A DNA stretch of 64,000 nt from contig CAVVLO010000002.1 of assembly GCA_963749155.1 (NCBI GenBank), positions 64,001 to 128,000 on the forward strand. The letters are read 5' to 3'. Source of the stretch: an uncultured Armatimonadia bacterium. Lineage in GTDB: Bacteria > Armatimonadota > Zipacnadia > CAVVLO01. Position 1 is the stretch's first letter, and each line of letters starts with the position of its first letter. A program made the position numbers and the translations under genes. The notes beneath the pieces were generated by a model. That model was given only the letters and a program-made list of their open reading frames with translations, was not told where the DNA came from and did no database searches. Shown one piece after another: positions 30,083 to 40,307 of the stretch.

Positions 30083-30949
30083 TTGCGCTGGCGGCTAATC
30101 GTAGATGGACCACTTCCGGGCGCTTACAATATGGCGCTGGATGAAGAGCTGGCCAGTACCGCCTCGAGGGAGGAAGTGGCGACGCTAAGGTTTTACCAGT
30201 GGCAGCGCCCGACTCTGTCCCTTGGTCGCCACGAACCTGCTGAAGAGCTGCCCCTGGCCGAGTGCGAAGCGGCAGGCCTGGATCTGGTGCGTCGCCCAAC
30301 AGGGGGACGTGCCGTATTGCACCATCAGGAACTGACTTACAGCTTCACTGCGCCTGCCTCTTTGCTGGGAGGGCCGAAACGGGTGCGGGAAGCGTTTACA
30401 CCTATTACTGAAGCTCTGGCACGAGGACTTGCTTTGCTTGGGATTACTGCTTCGGCCGGTGCTGATTCGCTCCGCCTGGGAGGGCATATGTGCTTCGGCC
30501 TGAAGGCAGGCTGCGACCTCGAAGTCGGCGGGCGTAAAATCGCAGGCAGCGCGCTCAGGCGTTATGAAGGCTCAGTGCTGCAACATGGCGCCCTCCCTCT
30601 GGAACTGGACCTTTCAAAGCAATACGTGGCTTTCGGGGAAAAGGGCGAAAACGAGCTGGAGTTCGCACGGCGATTGCTGGCCGCTGTCATACCTCTTTCA
30701 GAGTTGCTTGGACGCAAGGTCCAACCAGACGAATTGATAGAACCGCTGACCAGAGGTTTCGAAGAGAGCTTCGGTGCGGTATTTGAGATCGCACGAGCTT
30801 CTGATCTGGAAATCGCCCGAGCACAAGAGAACTTGGGCCAATTCGGCAAGGTAAGAAGGAAGTCTTTCTGCCAAGGGCGAATTACCTGTTTGACTAGCGG
30901 TAGCTGGCAGGGACGGGTTGCTGGTTGCCGAATCAGAAACAAGAGTTAG
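30083..30949 (+). CDS. Lipoate-protein ligase/octanoyltransferase (LplA/LipM-like)
   Basis: NMALDE, TLRFYQW, RRPTGGRAVLH, CF, GRKIAGSA, LQHG; C-terminal tail uncertain. Confidence 0.85.
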   Translation: MRWRLIVDGPLPGAYNMALDEELASTASREEVATLRFYQWQRPTLSLGRHEPAEELPLAECEAAGLDLVRRPTGGRAVLHHQELTYSFTAPASLLGGPKRVREAFTPITEALARGLALLGITASAGADSLRLGGHMCFGLKAGCDLEVGGRKIAGSALRRYEGSVLQHGALPLELDLSKQYVAFGEKGENELEFARRLLAAVIPLSELLGRKVQPDELIEPLTRGFEESFGAVFEIARASDLEIARAQENLGQFGKVRRKSFCQGRITCLTSGSWQGRVAGCRIRNKS

Positions 30950-31030
30950 TCTGGCGTGTATTGTGCCCACCCAGCCGGTTCGTAAGGCCTTGGGATGTGG
31001 CGCGTTAAATTGTGCGTGCCGGCGCATCTG

Positions 31031-31039
31031 TGCTATACT
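31031..31039 (+). promoter_or_regulatory. Extended -10 element (TGCTATACT)
   Basis: Same 9-mer as upstream of argC and the GH50-like gene; about 60 bp before the HEAT gene. Confidence 0.5.
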
Positions 31040-31097
31040 TTGCGCCTGCAATCACCGTGCCCCGTGCCTTGCCGGGGTTTGTTGGGAGTGAGTCCGG

Positions 31098-33366
31098 TTG
31101 TCGAGTAGAGCTAAGCGGACCCTGATCCTTATTATCGCTGTCCTCATTGCGCTCTTCGTCTACGTGAAGGTCCAGAAGTGGCTTGATGGCCATTACGCAG
31201 AGCAGTTCAAAGAGCTTTCTGAGGAAAAGCGCATCTCGGCTGCGGCCAAACTGGTTAACCGCGAGAAGTTTGCCGAAGCCCTGGCAGCCAAGCCTTATGC
31301 TCGCCAGGAGAACGGCTTGCTGGCTTGCGCCAAACTGGCTGAGACCAAACCTGAGGCGTTTGAGGCAATGATACGCCTTTTCGGTTTCGTCGAACTGGAT
31401 TCTCCAGTCGTAGAAACGAGCCGGGAAACTCCTTGTCCAGAAAGGCAACGCAGCAACCCAGGCAGTTATTGAAGGGCTCAACCAGCCACGTAACGATAAC
31501 GATCCTGCTGATGAGCTGAAGATCCGCCTAAACTGTGCCAGTATCTTGGGCGATCTGGGCGATGAGGCAGCTATCCAGCCTTTGATTGACACCCTGAACA
31601 AGAAAGATATGCGTGAGGCAGTTGGTACGCGCAAGCGTTATGACTACACGCTTTATGAAGACTGGCCAGTTAAATACGCAGCCTGCGGCGCCCTGCTCAA
31701 GCTTGGAGGCGATAAAGCCATTGCGGCTGTAAGCAACATCTCCAGGGAACTGGTTGCCACTCTGGTGAATACCGAGGCTGACGAGACCGAGCGCGTAACT
31801 GCTGCTACTGCTTTGAAAGACATTGCCGATCCTACCAGTGTAACCACACTGACCCGGGTAGCCACCACTGACAGCAACTGGATAATCCGAAAACTGACCG
31901 TCCAGGCTTTGGCCGCGGTTGGAGACACTGCTTCAGAGCAGGCCCTGGTGAAAGTTGCAACTCTTGGTGAAACCAGCGAGCTTGCTCAGCCCGCCACTTA
32001 TGAAGCTGCCCTTGCGCTGGCAGATTCTGCCGTGCCAGAGGCCAAGGCAGCCTTGCTCTTCCTGCTTGAGAATCCTGACTGGACCATTCGGCAAGCCGCC
32101 TCTGAAGGCTTGCTTGCGAAGAATGCGCCCGAGATGGTCGCCAAATTGATTGACCAGCTTGCGAGTTTCCAGCCAGAGCGTCGCCAGTCCGCGGCGAGGA
32201 TGCTTGGGCGGGCCAGGGCAACCTCGGCTGTGCCCAAATTGATACCTCTCACTAAAGATCAGAATGCCGAAGTGCGCGCCGCTGCCGCTCAGGCACTGGG
32301 ACTTATCGGAGCGCCCGAAGCGTTGCCCGCACTGGTTGGCGCGCTCGATGACGAGTTCTACCCGACCCGGACCGAAGCTAGCGCCGCTATCACCAAACTT
32401 GGGGTCGACAAGGCACTAGATTTGTTGCTTCCCAAGCTGAAGAGCAACAACCCCGACGTGCGCGAGATCACTGCGAGATCCCTGGCTCGCTCCGAGTCAG
32501 CCAAGGCGATTCCCGCATTGAAGGCTGTCCTCACAGATGAAGATCCCTTCGTCGGGGCTGCCGCCGCTGCTGCTCTGGCCGAATTGAAAGCTACCGATGC
32601 TGCGCCTCAGATAGCCCGCTTGCTTGACGATGACCATGCCGATGTTCGACTGACCGCGCTAGTGGCCCTGCGCGACCTGGCCGATCCCTCAGTGGCTCCC
32701 CAGGTTCGCAAGTTGATTGAGCTGGACCCTGAAGAGAAGGGCGGCGAGAAAGACGGGCGCGTACGTTACTGGTGCGCCGAGGTGCTTGGCAAGCTGCAGG
32801 ACGCTGAATCGAAGAAGGAACTTACCAACCTGCTCAAAGACAAGGACCACGGGGTCCGCATAGTTGCCGCAGGCGCCCTGGCGCAGCTTGGCGAGAAGCG
32901 CGGTATGAAGTATCTGCACAAGGTAATGAAAGACAAGCAGGAGTGGATTGACATTCGGCGCATGGCCGCTGTGCGGCTTGCGCGTTTGGGTGAGGAGAAG
33001 CCTGTAACCTTCCTGCTCGAGCAAGTAGCCATCAACGGCTATCCCGATGTGGCTACCACAGCCAACTTCCTCAATGATATTGACGAGGAAGTAACCACCA
33101 AGGTCCAGGCTTACCTGACCGATCCGATGGGCATCCTGCGCGCTGCCGCCTTGAAGTCGCTGGCCATGCTGGAAGAGGACAAAGCAATACCCGACCTGAC
33201 CAAGGCTCTTGAAACCGACGGCCTGGAACGGGTGAGAATTTTCGCTGCTGAATCACTTGGCGACCTGGCAAGCCCAGAGTCGCGCGTTGCGCTCAATGCG
33301 GCGCTGACCAAGCAGCTTCCCGAGTCCGTTGCAGCCTCCGTGCGACTGCAACTCGCACGTTTCTAG
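31098..33366 (+). CDS. Membrane-anchored HEAT/PBS-lyase repeat protein; +1 frameshift at GGGAAA 31423-31428
   Basis: N-terminal TM; many VRxxAAxALGxxG repeats; removing one base joins 31098.. to ..33366 (about 755 aa). Confidence 0.85.
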
Positions 33367-33377
33367 GCACGACCAAT

Positions 33378-34094
33378 ATGAATCCGACCGTTGAGCAACT
33401 GGCCGAGAACCGTTCGAGGGTACTCGCGCAGATTGAGGCGAGTTGTGTAAGGGCCGGTCGCAGCCCCGAATCTGTAAAACTCGTTGCCGTCTCGAAGACC
33501 TGGCCGGCGCAGGCTATCGCTAACGCGACTGCGGCCGGCCTTCGTGTTTTTGGCGAGAACTACATCCAGGAAGCAGTGGCGAAACTGGCTGAACTCGAAG
33601 GCGCCCTGCCAGAGGGAACCGAGTTTCACTATATCGGACATCTGCAACGCAACAAAGCGCGCCAGGCGGTTGGCCCTTTCGCCTTGCTCCACTCGGTAGA
33701 CAGTCTGCGGCTGGTAGAGACTTTGGACCGGCTGGGCAAAGAAACAGGCAAACCGGTTTCTGTGTTGCTCGAAGTAAGCCTGGCGGGAGAAGAAACCAAA
33801 CAGGGCTTCGAGCCAGAAGAACTCAGAGTTCTTGCGCCTTCGCTCGCGCATCTTGAAGGGGTGCATTGTCTCGGGCTGATGACGATGGCCCCCTTTGTAG
33901 CCGATCCCGAGATTGTTCGCCCAGTGTTTTCCGCTTGCCGGCGGTTGCTTGAAGAATTGGCCCCCTTTTGGGGAACGCAATTCACCGAGCTTTCAATGGG
34001 GATGAGCCAGGATTATCAGGTGGCCATCGAAGAGGGCGCTACTTTGGTGCGCGTAGGCACGGCCTTGTTCGGTCCACGCGACTACGCCCACTGA
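33378..34094 (+). CDS. yggS: PLP homeostasis protein
   Basis: VAVSKT, FGENYIQE, IGHLQRNK, GLMTM, LSMGMS, RVGTALFG. Confidence 0.95.
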   Translation: MNPTVEQLAENRSRVLAQIEASCVRAGRSPESVKLVAVSKTWPAQAIANATAAGLRVFGENYIQEAVAKLAELEGALPEGTEFHYIGHLQRNKARQAVGPFALLHSVDSLRLVETLDRLGKETGKPVSVLLEVSLAGEETKQGFEPEELRVLAPSLAHLEGVHCLGLMTMAPFVADPEIVRPVFSACRRLLEELAPFWGTQFTELSMGMSQDYQVAIEEGATLVRVGTALFGPRDYAH

Positions 34095-34107
34095 GGAGAG
34101 AAGACTT

Positions 34108-34906
34108 ATGCGGTATAAGGCAGGCTTTCTGGGTACTGGCGCGATGGGAGGGGCTTTGGCCCGGGCTGTTTCCAAAGGCCTGGAGCCTGGGCAACTAGGC
34201 AGGTTTCGACCTGGCCAGACCTTTACTCGACAAAGTAGCCGCAGCTACTGGGCTGATCCCTCTTGACGACCCACTTGGACTTTCCGAAGCCGAGGTTGTC
34301 TTCCTGGCGGTCAAACCGCAGGTCTGGAAAGAGGCAGTCCAACCACTTTACGGCAAGCTTGGTGCTCAGCATCTGGTGGTGTCGCTGATGGCCGGAGTGC
34401 CTGCCTCCCAGTTGGCCCTTGCGCTGCCTGGCACCCGCCTCATCCGGTTGATGCCCAACAGCCCAGCTCTCGTAGGAGAAGGCGCAATCGCAGCCTCGGC
34501 TGGTCCTGGTTCAACCGCTGACGACCTGTTGCTTATGAAAGACCTGCTTGCGGACGCCGGTCTTGTTGTGGAGGTCGCCGAAAAACACATGGATGCTGTC
34601 ACCGGCCTCAGCGGTAGCGGCCCCGCCTATGTCTATATGGTAATCGAAGCGCTGGCCGATGGGGGCGTGCTTTGCGGCCTTGACCGCGCAACCAGCCTGA
34701 AGCTTGCGGCGCAGACAGTACTTGGCGCGGCCCGAATGGTGCTGGAGACAGGCGAGGAGCCTGCCGCACTAAAGGCCAAAGTCACCTCGCCCGGAGGCAC
34801 CACCATCGAGGGATTGGCTGTGCTGGAAGAATCGGCTGTCCGAAGCGCCTTTATGGAAGCCGTGCGGGCAGCTAAAGAACGCTCAGAGGAGCTTGGCCGC
34901 CAGTGA
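34108..34906 (+). CDS. proC: Pyrroline-5-carboxylate reductase; +1 frameshift at GG 34198-34199
   Basis: GFLGTGAMG in the first frame; LAVKPQ, RLMPN, GLSGSGPAY, VTSPGGTT in the second; about 265 aa when repaired. Confidence 0.92.
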
Positions 34907-35196
34907 GTGCCAGGATCACTATCAAAGCAGTGCCGCGCGCCTCGCGCAGTGAAGTTGTGGAGCGCCAGGCCGACGCCTGGAGAGTGCGTCTCAAAGCTCC
35001 CCCTGTCGAAGGCAAAGCCAACGAGGAACTGGTGAAGTTCCTCGCGAAAACATTAGGGGTGCCCGGTAGCTCCGTATCGCTGGTAGCTGGCCAGGCAAGC
35101 AAGTTGAAACTGGTGGATGTGGAAGGGCTGACTCAGGCCGAGGCCGAATCGCGCCTGGGGCTAGTGCTGGAAGGTAAAAAAGGAGCGAGCTTATGA
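34903..35196 (+). CDS. yggU: DUF167/YggU family protein
   Basis: VPRAS, APPVEGKANEEL, GQASKLK. Confidence 0.88.
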   Translation: MSARITIKAVPRASRSEVVERQADAWRVRLKAPPVEGKANEELVKFLAKTLGVPGSSVSLVAGQASKLKLVDVEGLTQAEAESRLGLVLEGKKGASL

Positions 35197-36233
35197 AAGC
35201 CTCTCTGCTTACCGAAGTTGGCCAAGTCGTGTATTCCGATGTACCGAAGCCTGGTATCGAACAACCCGACCAGGTGCTTGTTGCGATCAAGGCCGTAGGC
35301 ATCTGTGGCTCGGATGTCCATTTCTGGGAATGGGGAAAGATTGGCGATTTCATCTGCAATTTCCCACTGATAATGGGGCACGAGGCAGCGGGGGTTGTTG
35401 TCGAGGTCGGTAGCGAAGTCACTGAACTGGCGCCTGGTGACCGAGTTGCCCTCGAGCCAGGCTTGCCCTGCCGGCGCTGCAAGCTATGCCGTATCGGTAT
35501 GTATAACCTCTGCCAAGATATGCGTTTTCTTTCGGCGCCGCCATATGATGGCTGTTTCTGTGAATATGTCGTATGGCCGCAAGACTATTGTTTCAAGCTG
35601 CCTGACAATATGACCTGCGAGGAAGGGGCAATGATGGAGCCCCTCAACGTAGGGCTGTATGGCGCCACCCGCGGGCCTGTTCAGGCAGGCGATACGGTAC
35701 TCGTAACAGGGGGCGGCCCGATTGGGCTGATGGCGCTTCAATCGGCCAAGGCTCTCGGCGCCGGGAAGCTTGTCGTTACCGATCCTGTCGAGGCGCGTCG
35801 TCAGTTTGCGTTGCAACTCGGCGCTACGGTCGCGCTCGATCCTGTCGCCGCCGATTTTGAAACCCGACTGCGCGCCGAAGTTGGCAAGCTGGGGGCAGAC
35901 GTCACGCTGGAATGTTCTGGCGCGGTGCCGGCTCTCCAGCAGGCTTGCTATTTCACTCGTCCCGGTGGCGCGCTGGTCTCAATCGGCGTCTTTGCCCAGA
36001 ATGAGTTCGAGTTACCCATCTGGCATATCCAGTCGCGCGAGATAGACTTCAAGGGCATATTCAGGTATCGCAACCTGTATCCAGCAGCGATTGCGCTCAC
36101 CGCCTCAGGTCAGATTGATGTGAAGTCTATGATCACCGCTCGCTACCCGCTGGAGCAACTTCAGGAAGCCCTGGGCTTCTCATCGCGCGAAAAAGGTTCG
36201 GCAATCAAGACAGTTATCACCGTCGGAGAGTGA
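35193..36233 (+). CDS. Zn-dependent polyol (sorbitol/xylitol-type) dehydrogenase
   Basis: GICGSDVH, GHE, CRRCKLC..G.YNLC, GGGPIG, FRY. Confidence 0.88.
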   Translation: MKASLLTEVGQVVYSDVPKPGIEQPDQVLVAIKAVGICGSDVHFWEWGKIGDFICNFPLIMGHEAAGVVVEVGSEVTELAPGDRVALEPGLPCRRCKLCRIGMYNLCQDMRFLSAPPYDGCFCEYVVWPQDYCFKLPDNMTCEEGAMMEPLNVGLYGATRGPVQAGDTVLVTGGGPIGLMALQSAKALGAGKLVVTDPVEARRQFALQLGATVALDPVAADFETRLRAEVGKLGADVTLECSGAVPALQQACYFTRPGGALVSIGVFAQNEFELPIWHIQSREIDFKGIFRYRNLYPAAIALTASGQIDVKSMITARYPLEQLQEALGFSSREKGSAIKTVITVGE

Positions 36234-36237
36234 CTTA

Positions 36238-36534
36238 ATGGGTGATTGGGGCACGACTCAACTCCTGGCGCTTGCGTTGATGTGGGTAATCATAATTATC
36301 ATTTTTTTCGCGGCCGTCTACTTTCCGCAGCGGAAACGGCTGCGCGCTCATGCGGATTTCCTGGCTTCGCTCAGGGCAGGCGACAAGATTGTTACAGCGG
36401 GAGGGCTTTACGGTACAATAATGGCTCTCCATATAGAGACCGTAGAGCTGGAGCTTACTGCCGGAGTCGTCATCAGGGTGGCCAAAGCTGCCATCCGCAG
36501 GCGTCAAGAAGCCCAGCCTGGCCCAGGCCAATAG
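36238..36534 (+). CDS. yajC: Preprotein translocase subunit YajC
   Basis: TM followed by PQRKR, LRAGDKIVTAGGLYG. Confidence 0.88.
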   Translation: MGDWGTTQLLALALMWVIIIIIFFAAVYFPQRKRLRAHADFLASLRAGDKIVTAGGLYGTIMALHIETVELELTAGVVIRVAKAAIRRRQEAQPGPGQ

Positions 36535-36550
36535 GAAAGAGGAGTCCAGT

Positions 36551-37069
36551 ATGCAGCAACTGCAAGCAGTATTAGGAGACTATACCGAGCTTATTGCGCT
36601 GGTTGCGCTTCTGCTCGCTTTGATTGCGCTTGCTTTGGCCAACTCGGCTGGCAGGCGCGGAACCCGCGCACTGGAACGCATAAGCCAGGTGGACAGGCAG
36701 GCCGGCGAGGCAGGCGTTGCTGCCTCAATACTGGAACATCAGGCCCGGATTGACCAACATGCCAGTCAGTTATCAGAACTATCAATCGCCCAACAAGAGA
36801 TGCGTCTTCAGGTGGCTGGCTGCGTGCAGCGGGTAGGTGTAGTGCGTTATGACGCTTTTGGAGATATGGGCGGCAAGCTTAGCTTCTCGGTAGCCTTCCT
36901 GGATGAGAAAGACAATGGTTGCGTGATGAGCGCTTTGGTTGGACGCGACCAGACTCGCGTATACGGCAAGCCACTTACCGGCGGGAATTCAGCTTTCGAC
37001 CTTTCAGAGGAAGAACGGCAGGCCATTAAAGAAGCCAGGTTGTCGACGAGTGCCCATGGCAAAGCCTGA
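36551..37069 (+). CDS. DUF4446 family protein
   Basis: N-terminal TM, coiled coil, [27 protein letters not shown]. Confidence 0.8.
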   Translation: MQQLQAVLGDYTELIALVALLLALIALALANSAGRRGTRALERISQVDRQAGEAGVAASILEHQARIDQHASQLSELSIAQQEMRLQVAGCVQRVGVVRYDAFGDMGGKLSFSVAFLDEKDNGCVMSALVGRDQTRVYGKPLTGGNSAFDLSEEERQAIKEARLSTSAHGKA

Positions 37070-37517
37070 GGTATGCGTCCAGCTAGAGCGGTTGCCCCAT
37101 GCCGAAGGCTTACCCCTTCCCCGCTATATGACGCGCGGCTCCAGTGGTATGGATGTGGCGGCAGCAGTGGAAGAGCCCCTAACACTGATTCCAGGCGAAC
37201 GAGCCCTGGTTCCGACTGGCTTCAAGCTGGCAATACCTGAGGGTTTCGAGTGTCAGGTGCGACCTCGTAGCGGCCTGGCCTTCAAGCATGGAGTCACTTT
37301 GCTCAATACTCCTGGGACGATAGACAGCGACTACCGGGGAGAGTTGAAGATACTGCTCATCAACCACGGCCAGGAGCCTTTCACCCTCCAGCGCGGTGAC
37401 CGGATTGCCCAACTCGTGTTCGCAAGCGTAATCCAGGTGGAGCTATCCGAGGTAGCCTCGGTCGAGGAAACAGCACGCAACGGCGGCGGCTTCGGCCATA
37501 CGGGGTTGGCTGGTTAG
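37056..37517 (+). CDS. dut: dUTP diphosphatase
   Basis: [35 protein letters not shown]. Confidence 0.96.
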   Translation: MAKPEVCVQLERLPHAEGLPLPRYMTRGSSGMDVAAAVEEPLTLIPGERALVPTGFKLAIPEGFECQVRPRSGLAFKHGVTLLNTPGTIDSDYRGELKILLINHGQEPFTLQRGDRIAQLVFASVIQVELSEVASVEETARNGGGFGHTGLAG

Positions 37518-38278
37518 CGAGGCTTCCTTGCCAGAGCTATCATCCTGGGCGAGTCCAGTTCGAGCGAGGAAGAGTCATACCCCCCATAAAGGCTTTCAAG
37601 CTCCAGATCGGCTTCTGCAAGCAGCCAGCGCGTCTCCTGGGGATTGAATAACCTGACCGAGTGATAACGCTCCAGGCGCCCTTCAGGCCCGCTTGCCACA
37701 AGCTCTGACTCGATGCGCCCCTCCAGCGTGTTGAAACGTCTCTCCACTCCAGTAATCGTGCCATCGGCCATCTCGACCCATTGGCGCGCCTCGAAATCGG
37801 CAAGCACAGTATCTCGATTGAGCAAGTCCAGCACCAGCAGGCCACCTGGCTTCAGCACTCTGGCGAACTCACCGAGCGCGTCTATATGTTCTGCGTCCGT
37901 CTCGAAGTAACCAAAAGAGCTGAACATATTGAGTACCAGATCGAAATAGCCTGAAGCGACAGGCAACTCTCTTATATCAGCCTGGATTATGCGAAGGCTG
38001 GTATCCTCCCCCTCTGCCAGCTCGCAGGCCGCCTGGAGCATTGTCCGTGAGAAGTCCACGCCTGTGACTTCATAGCCAGCTTTGGCAAGTGAAAGCGAAT
38101 GGCGGCAGTGACCACAGCAGGCATCCAGCACGCGCCTGGCGCCCTCGCGTTCGAGCAGCTCTCTCAGGAAAGCCAGTTGAACGGCAGTGATGGTATCAGC
38201 GTAGTAAAAACCGTGGAAACGGAAGTAGTTCTCATCAAAGTAGTCCTCGTACCAGGGGCCAGGATCATCGGATGGCAT
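37514..38278 (-). CDS. Class I SAM-dependent methyltransferase
   Basis: [28 protein letters not shown]. Confidence 0.88.
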   Translation of the reverse strand: MPSDDPGPWYEDYFDENYFRFHGFYYADTITAVQLAFLRELLEREGARRVLDACCGHCRHSLSLAKAGYEVTGVDFSRTMLQAACELAEGEDTSLRIIQADIRELPVASGYFDLVLNMFSSFGYFETDAEHIDALGEFARVLKPGGLLVLDLLNRDTVLADFEARQWVEMADGTITGVERRFNTLEGRIESELVASGPEGRLERYHSVRLFNPQETRWLLAEADLELESLYGGYDSSSLELDSPRMIALARKPR

Positions 38279-38312
38279 GACTCACACTCCCTCGCACAGG
38301 ATGGAAGGTGGT

Positions 38313-38342
38313 GGAGGGGGGCCGGCTTTCCAGCCCCTCTCC
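38313..38342 (-). other. Intercistronic GC-rich hairpin without U tail
   Basis: GGAGAGGGGCTGG-AAAG-CCGGCCCCCCTCC just after the M42 stop. Confidence 0.45.
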
Positions 38343-38349
38343 TGGCTGG

Positions 38350-39408
38350 CTAGAGGCGCAGATCAATATCCTTGGGAAGGCTCGCGCAGTATTCGGCAAG
38401 CAGCTTGGCGGCGTTCTCCAGATCCTTCACCGAACAGACCTCGACCGGACTATGCATATAACGATTGGGGATGCTGACCAGGCCAGTTGCAACTCCAGCG
38501 CGAGTAAGCTGAATCGCATTGGCATCGGTGCCAGTGCCTCCGGGCGCGCCTTCAAACTGCACCGGCAGCTTGGCTTTGGTCGCTGAGGTTTTCAAACCCT
38601 CAAACACAAGTGGGCTGATATTGGCGCCACGCGAAAGCACTGGGCCCTTGCCCATCGAGATGTCACCGACCTTCTTCTTGTCGGCGCTGGGGTAGTCAGT
38701 GGCGAAAGTCACATCGACGGCCACGCCTATCTGGGGATCGAGCCCGTAAGCACTTGTGCGCGCGCCGCGCAGTCCAACTTCTTCCTGGACGGTCGCAACG
38801 GCGAAAACGGCAGCCTGAGGCTTCTTCTGGGCAAGCAAACGCAAGGCTTCAGCCACCACAAAAGAGCCAACCTTGTCGTCGAAACCCCGGCAACAGACGA
38901 GGTCATTGCGCATCTCTTCAAAGCCCCAGGTGTAGGTGACCGGATCGCCGATTGCTATTAGCTCTTCCGCTTCTTTCTTGTCCTTGGCGCCAATATCAAT
39001 CCACATATCGGTGAGTTTGGCGGCCTTGCCGCGCTCCTCAGGTGGGGTCAGATGGATAGCGGTCCGCCCAACCAGTCCCAGGACTGGACCTTTTTTGCCC
39101 TGTATCCAGACCCGTTGCGCAGTGGCCACTGCCGGGTCCACCCCGCCTATCTGATCGAAAAAGAGATAGCCGTTGTCGTCGATATACTTGACCATAAAGC
39201 CGACTTCGTCCATATGCCCGGCCAGCATAATACGCGGATAACCACCGGGATTGACCGCGGCGATGCAGTTGCCCATAACATCGCTCGTGACTTCATCTGC
39301 GAACTGCTCACAATAAGCCTTATAGACTGCGCGCGCGGGAGCTTCAAAACCGGATGGACTAGGAGCTTCTACTAGCGTTTTCAAGAATTCGAACGAGGCT
39401 TTCCTCAT
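38350..39408 (-). CDS. M42 family (TET-like) aminopeptidase
   Basis: PSGFE, GHMDE, FDDK, VQEEVGLRGA, VDVT, GTDA, RYMHS. Confidence 0.92.
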   Translation of the reverse strand: MRKASFEFLKTLVEAPSPSGFEAPARAVYKAYCEQFADEVTSDVMGNCIAAVNPGGYPRIMLAGHMDEVGFMVKYIDDNGYLFFDQIGGVDPAVATAQRVWIQGKKGPVLGLVGRTAIHLTPPEERGKAAKLTDMWIDIGAKDKKEAEELIAIGDPVTYTWGFEEMRNDLVCCRGFDDKVGSFVVAEALRLLAQKKPQAAVFAVATVQEEVGLRGARTSAYGLDPQIGVAVDVTFATDYPSADKKKVGDISMGKGPVLSRGANISPLVFEGLKTSATKAKLPVQFEGAPGGTGTDANAIQLTRAGVATGLVSIPNRYMHSPVEVCSVKDLENAAKLLAEYCASLPKDIDLRL

Positions 39409-39462
39409 CAGATATAACCCTCCCAAGTGATTGCGGACATATTCCTGCGGGCAAGCATACCC

Positions 39463-40194
39463 TTAGACTTCAAACTCCGTCAAATAGCTGCCTTCTCCTG
39501 CCAGCGGTGCCTCGGCAATCCACTCGGCTCCAGGGCTGACAAGACCGCTACGACAGTTGACAGGGGCATTGCCATAGGCCTGGTTGGCTGTGGCTACGTA
39601 GACTCCAGCTGTTGCCGCCCTTGCCCTGACATTGCCTTCGTGAAACTCCTTCCAGAGCTGGTCTGTATATGAAGCCACGCTGTGGAATATAACTTTTGCC
39701 CCCAGCCTCGCCAGTTGGTAAACCAGCTTAAGGTCGAAGAGCGTCGTTCCCGAAGGATTACACCAGAAATCGTTGCAAATCAAACAGCCAAACGTTAGCC
39801 CTTTATGTTCAAAAACTCTCAGGTTGGGGCCAGGACGAAACTGCAGCGCATCTCCATCAGTCACAAGGATCTTCTCATGAGCGCCAAGATAGTTGCCCTG
39901 GTCATCCCAGACCCGCACCTGGTTGAAGCAGCCGTCTTCGCGCCACTCTCCAGCGCCGACACAGGCACATACACCTGCCTTACGGCAGGCTTCCGAGACT
40001 ACCTGATAGCCTGCTTCGGCCTCTTCCTGACTGAAGCGGTTATGGTAGCCTGTCAGAATCATCTCGGGAAAGACTACAAAGTCAGCCCTGGCCTCTCCAG
40101 CTTTCGCAATCCATCTGGCGATGCGACTGGCCTGTTCCCGGATGTCGTCACGTTGCTCCAGTTGGACACCCATCACCCGGTAAGTCTTGCTCAT
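39463..40194 (-). CDS. Carbon-nitrogen hydrolase (nitrilase superfamily)
   Basis: Glu-Lys-Cys triad: VFPE, HEK, ICND. Confidence 0.88.
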   Translation of the reverse strand: MSKTYRVMGVQLEQRDDIREQASRIARWIAKAGEARADFVVFPEMILTGYHNRFSQEEAEAGYQVVSEACRKAGVCACVGAGEWREDGCFNQVRVWDDQGNYLGAHEKILVTDGDALQFRPGPNLRVFEHKGLTFGCLICNDFWCNPSGTTLFDLKLVYQLARLGAKVIFHSVASYTDQLWKEFHEGNVRARAATAGVYVATANQAYGNAPVNCRSGLVSPGAEWIAEAPLAGEGSYLTEFEV

Positions 40195-40307
40195 CCTGCG
40201 ACCTCCCTGTCAGACTACCCAACAGTTCGCAGTAGAAGCAGGGCTTCCTGCGGCAGGGAGCGCGCTGTCACCGGGCGAATACAGAAGTGCCTTTAGGAGG
40301 ATGCCTG

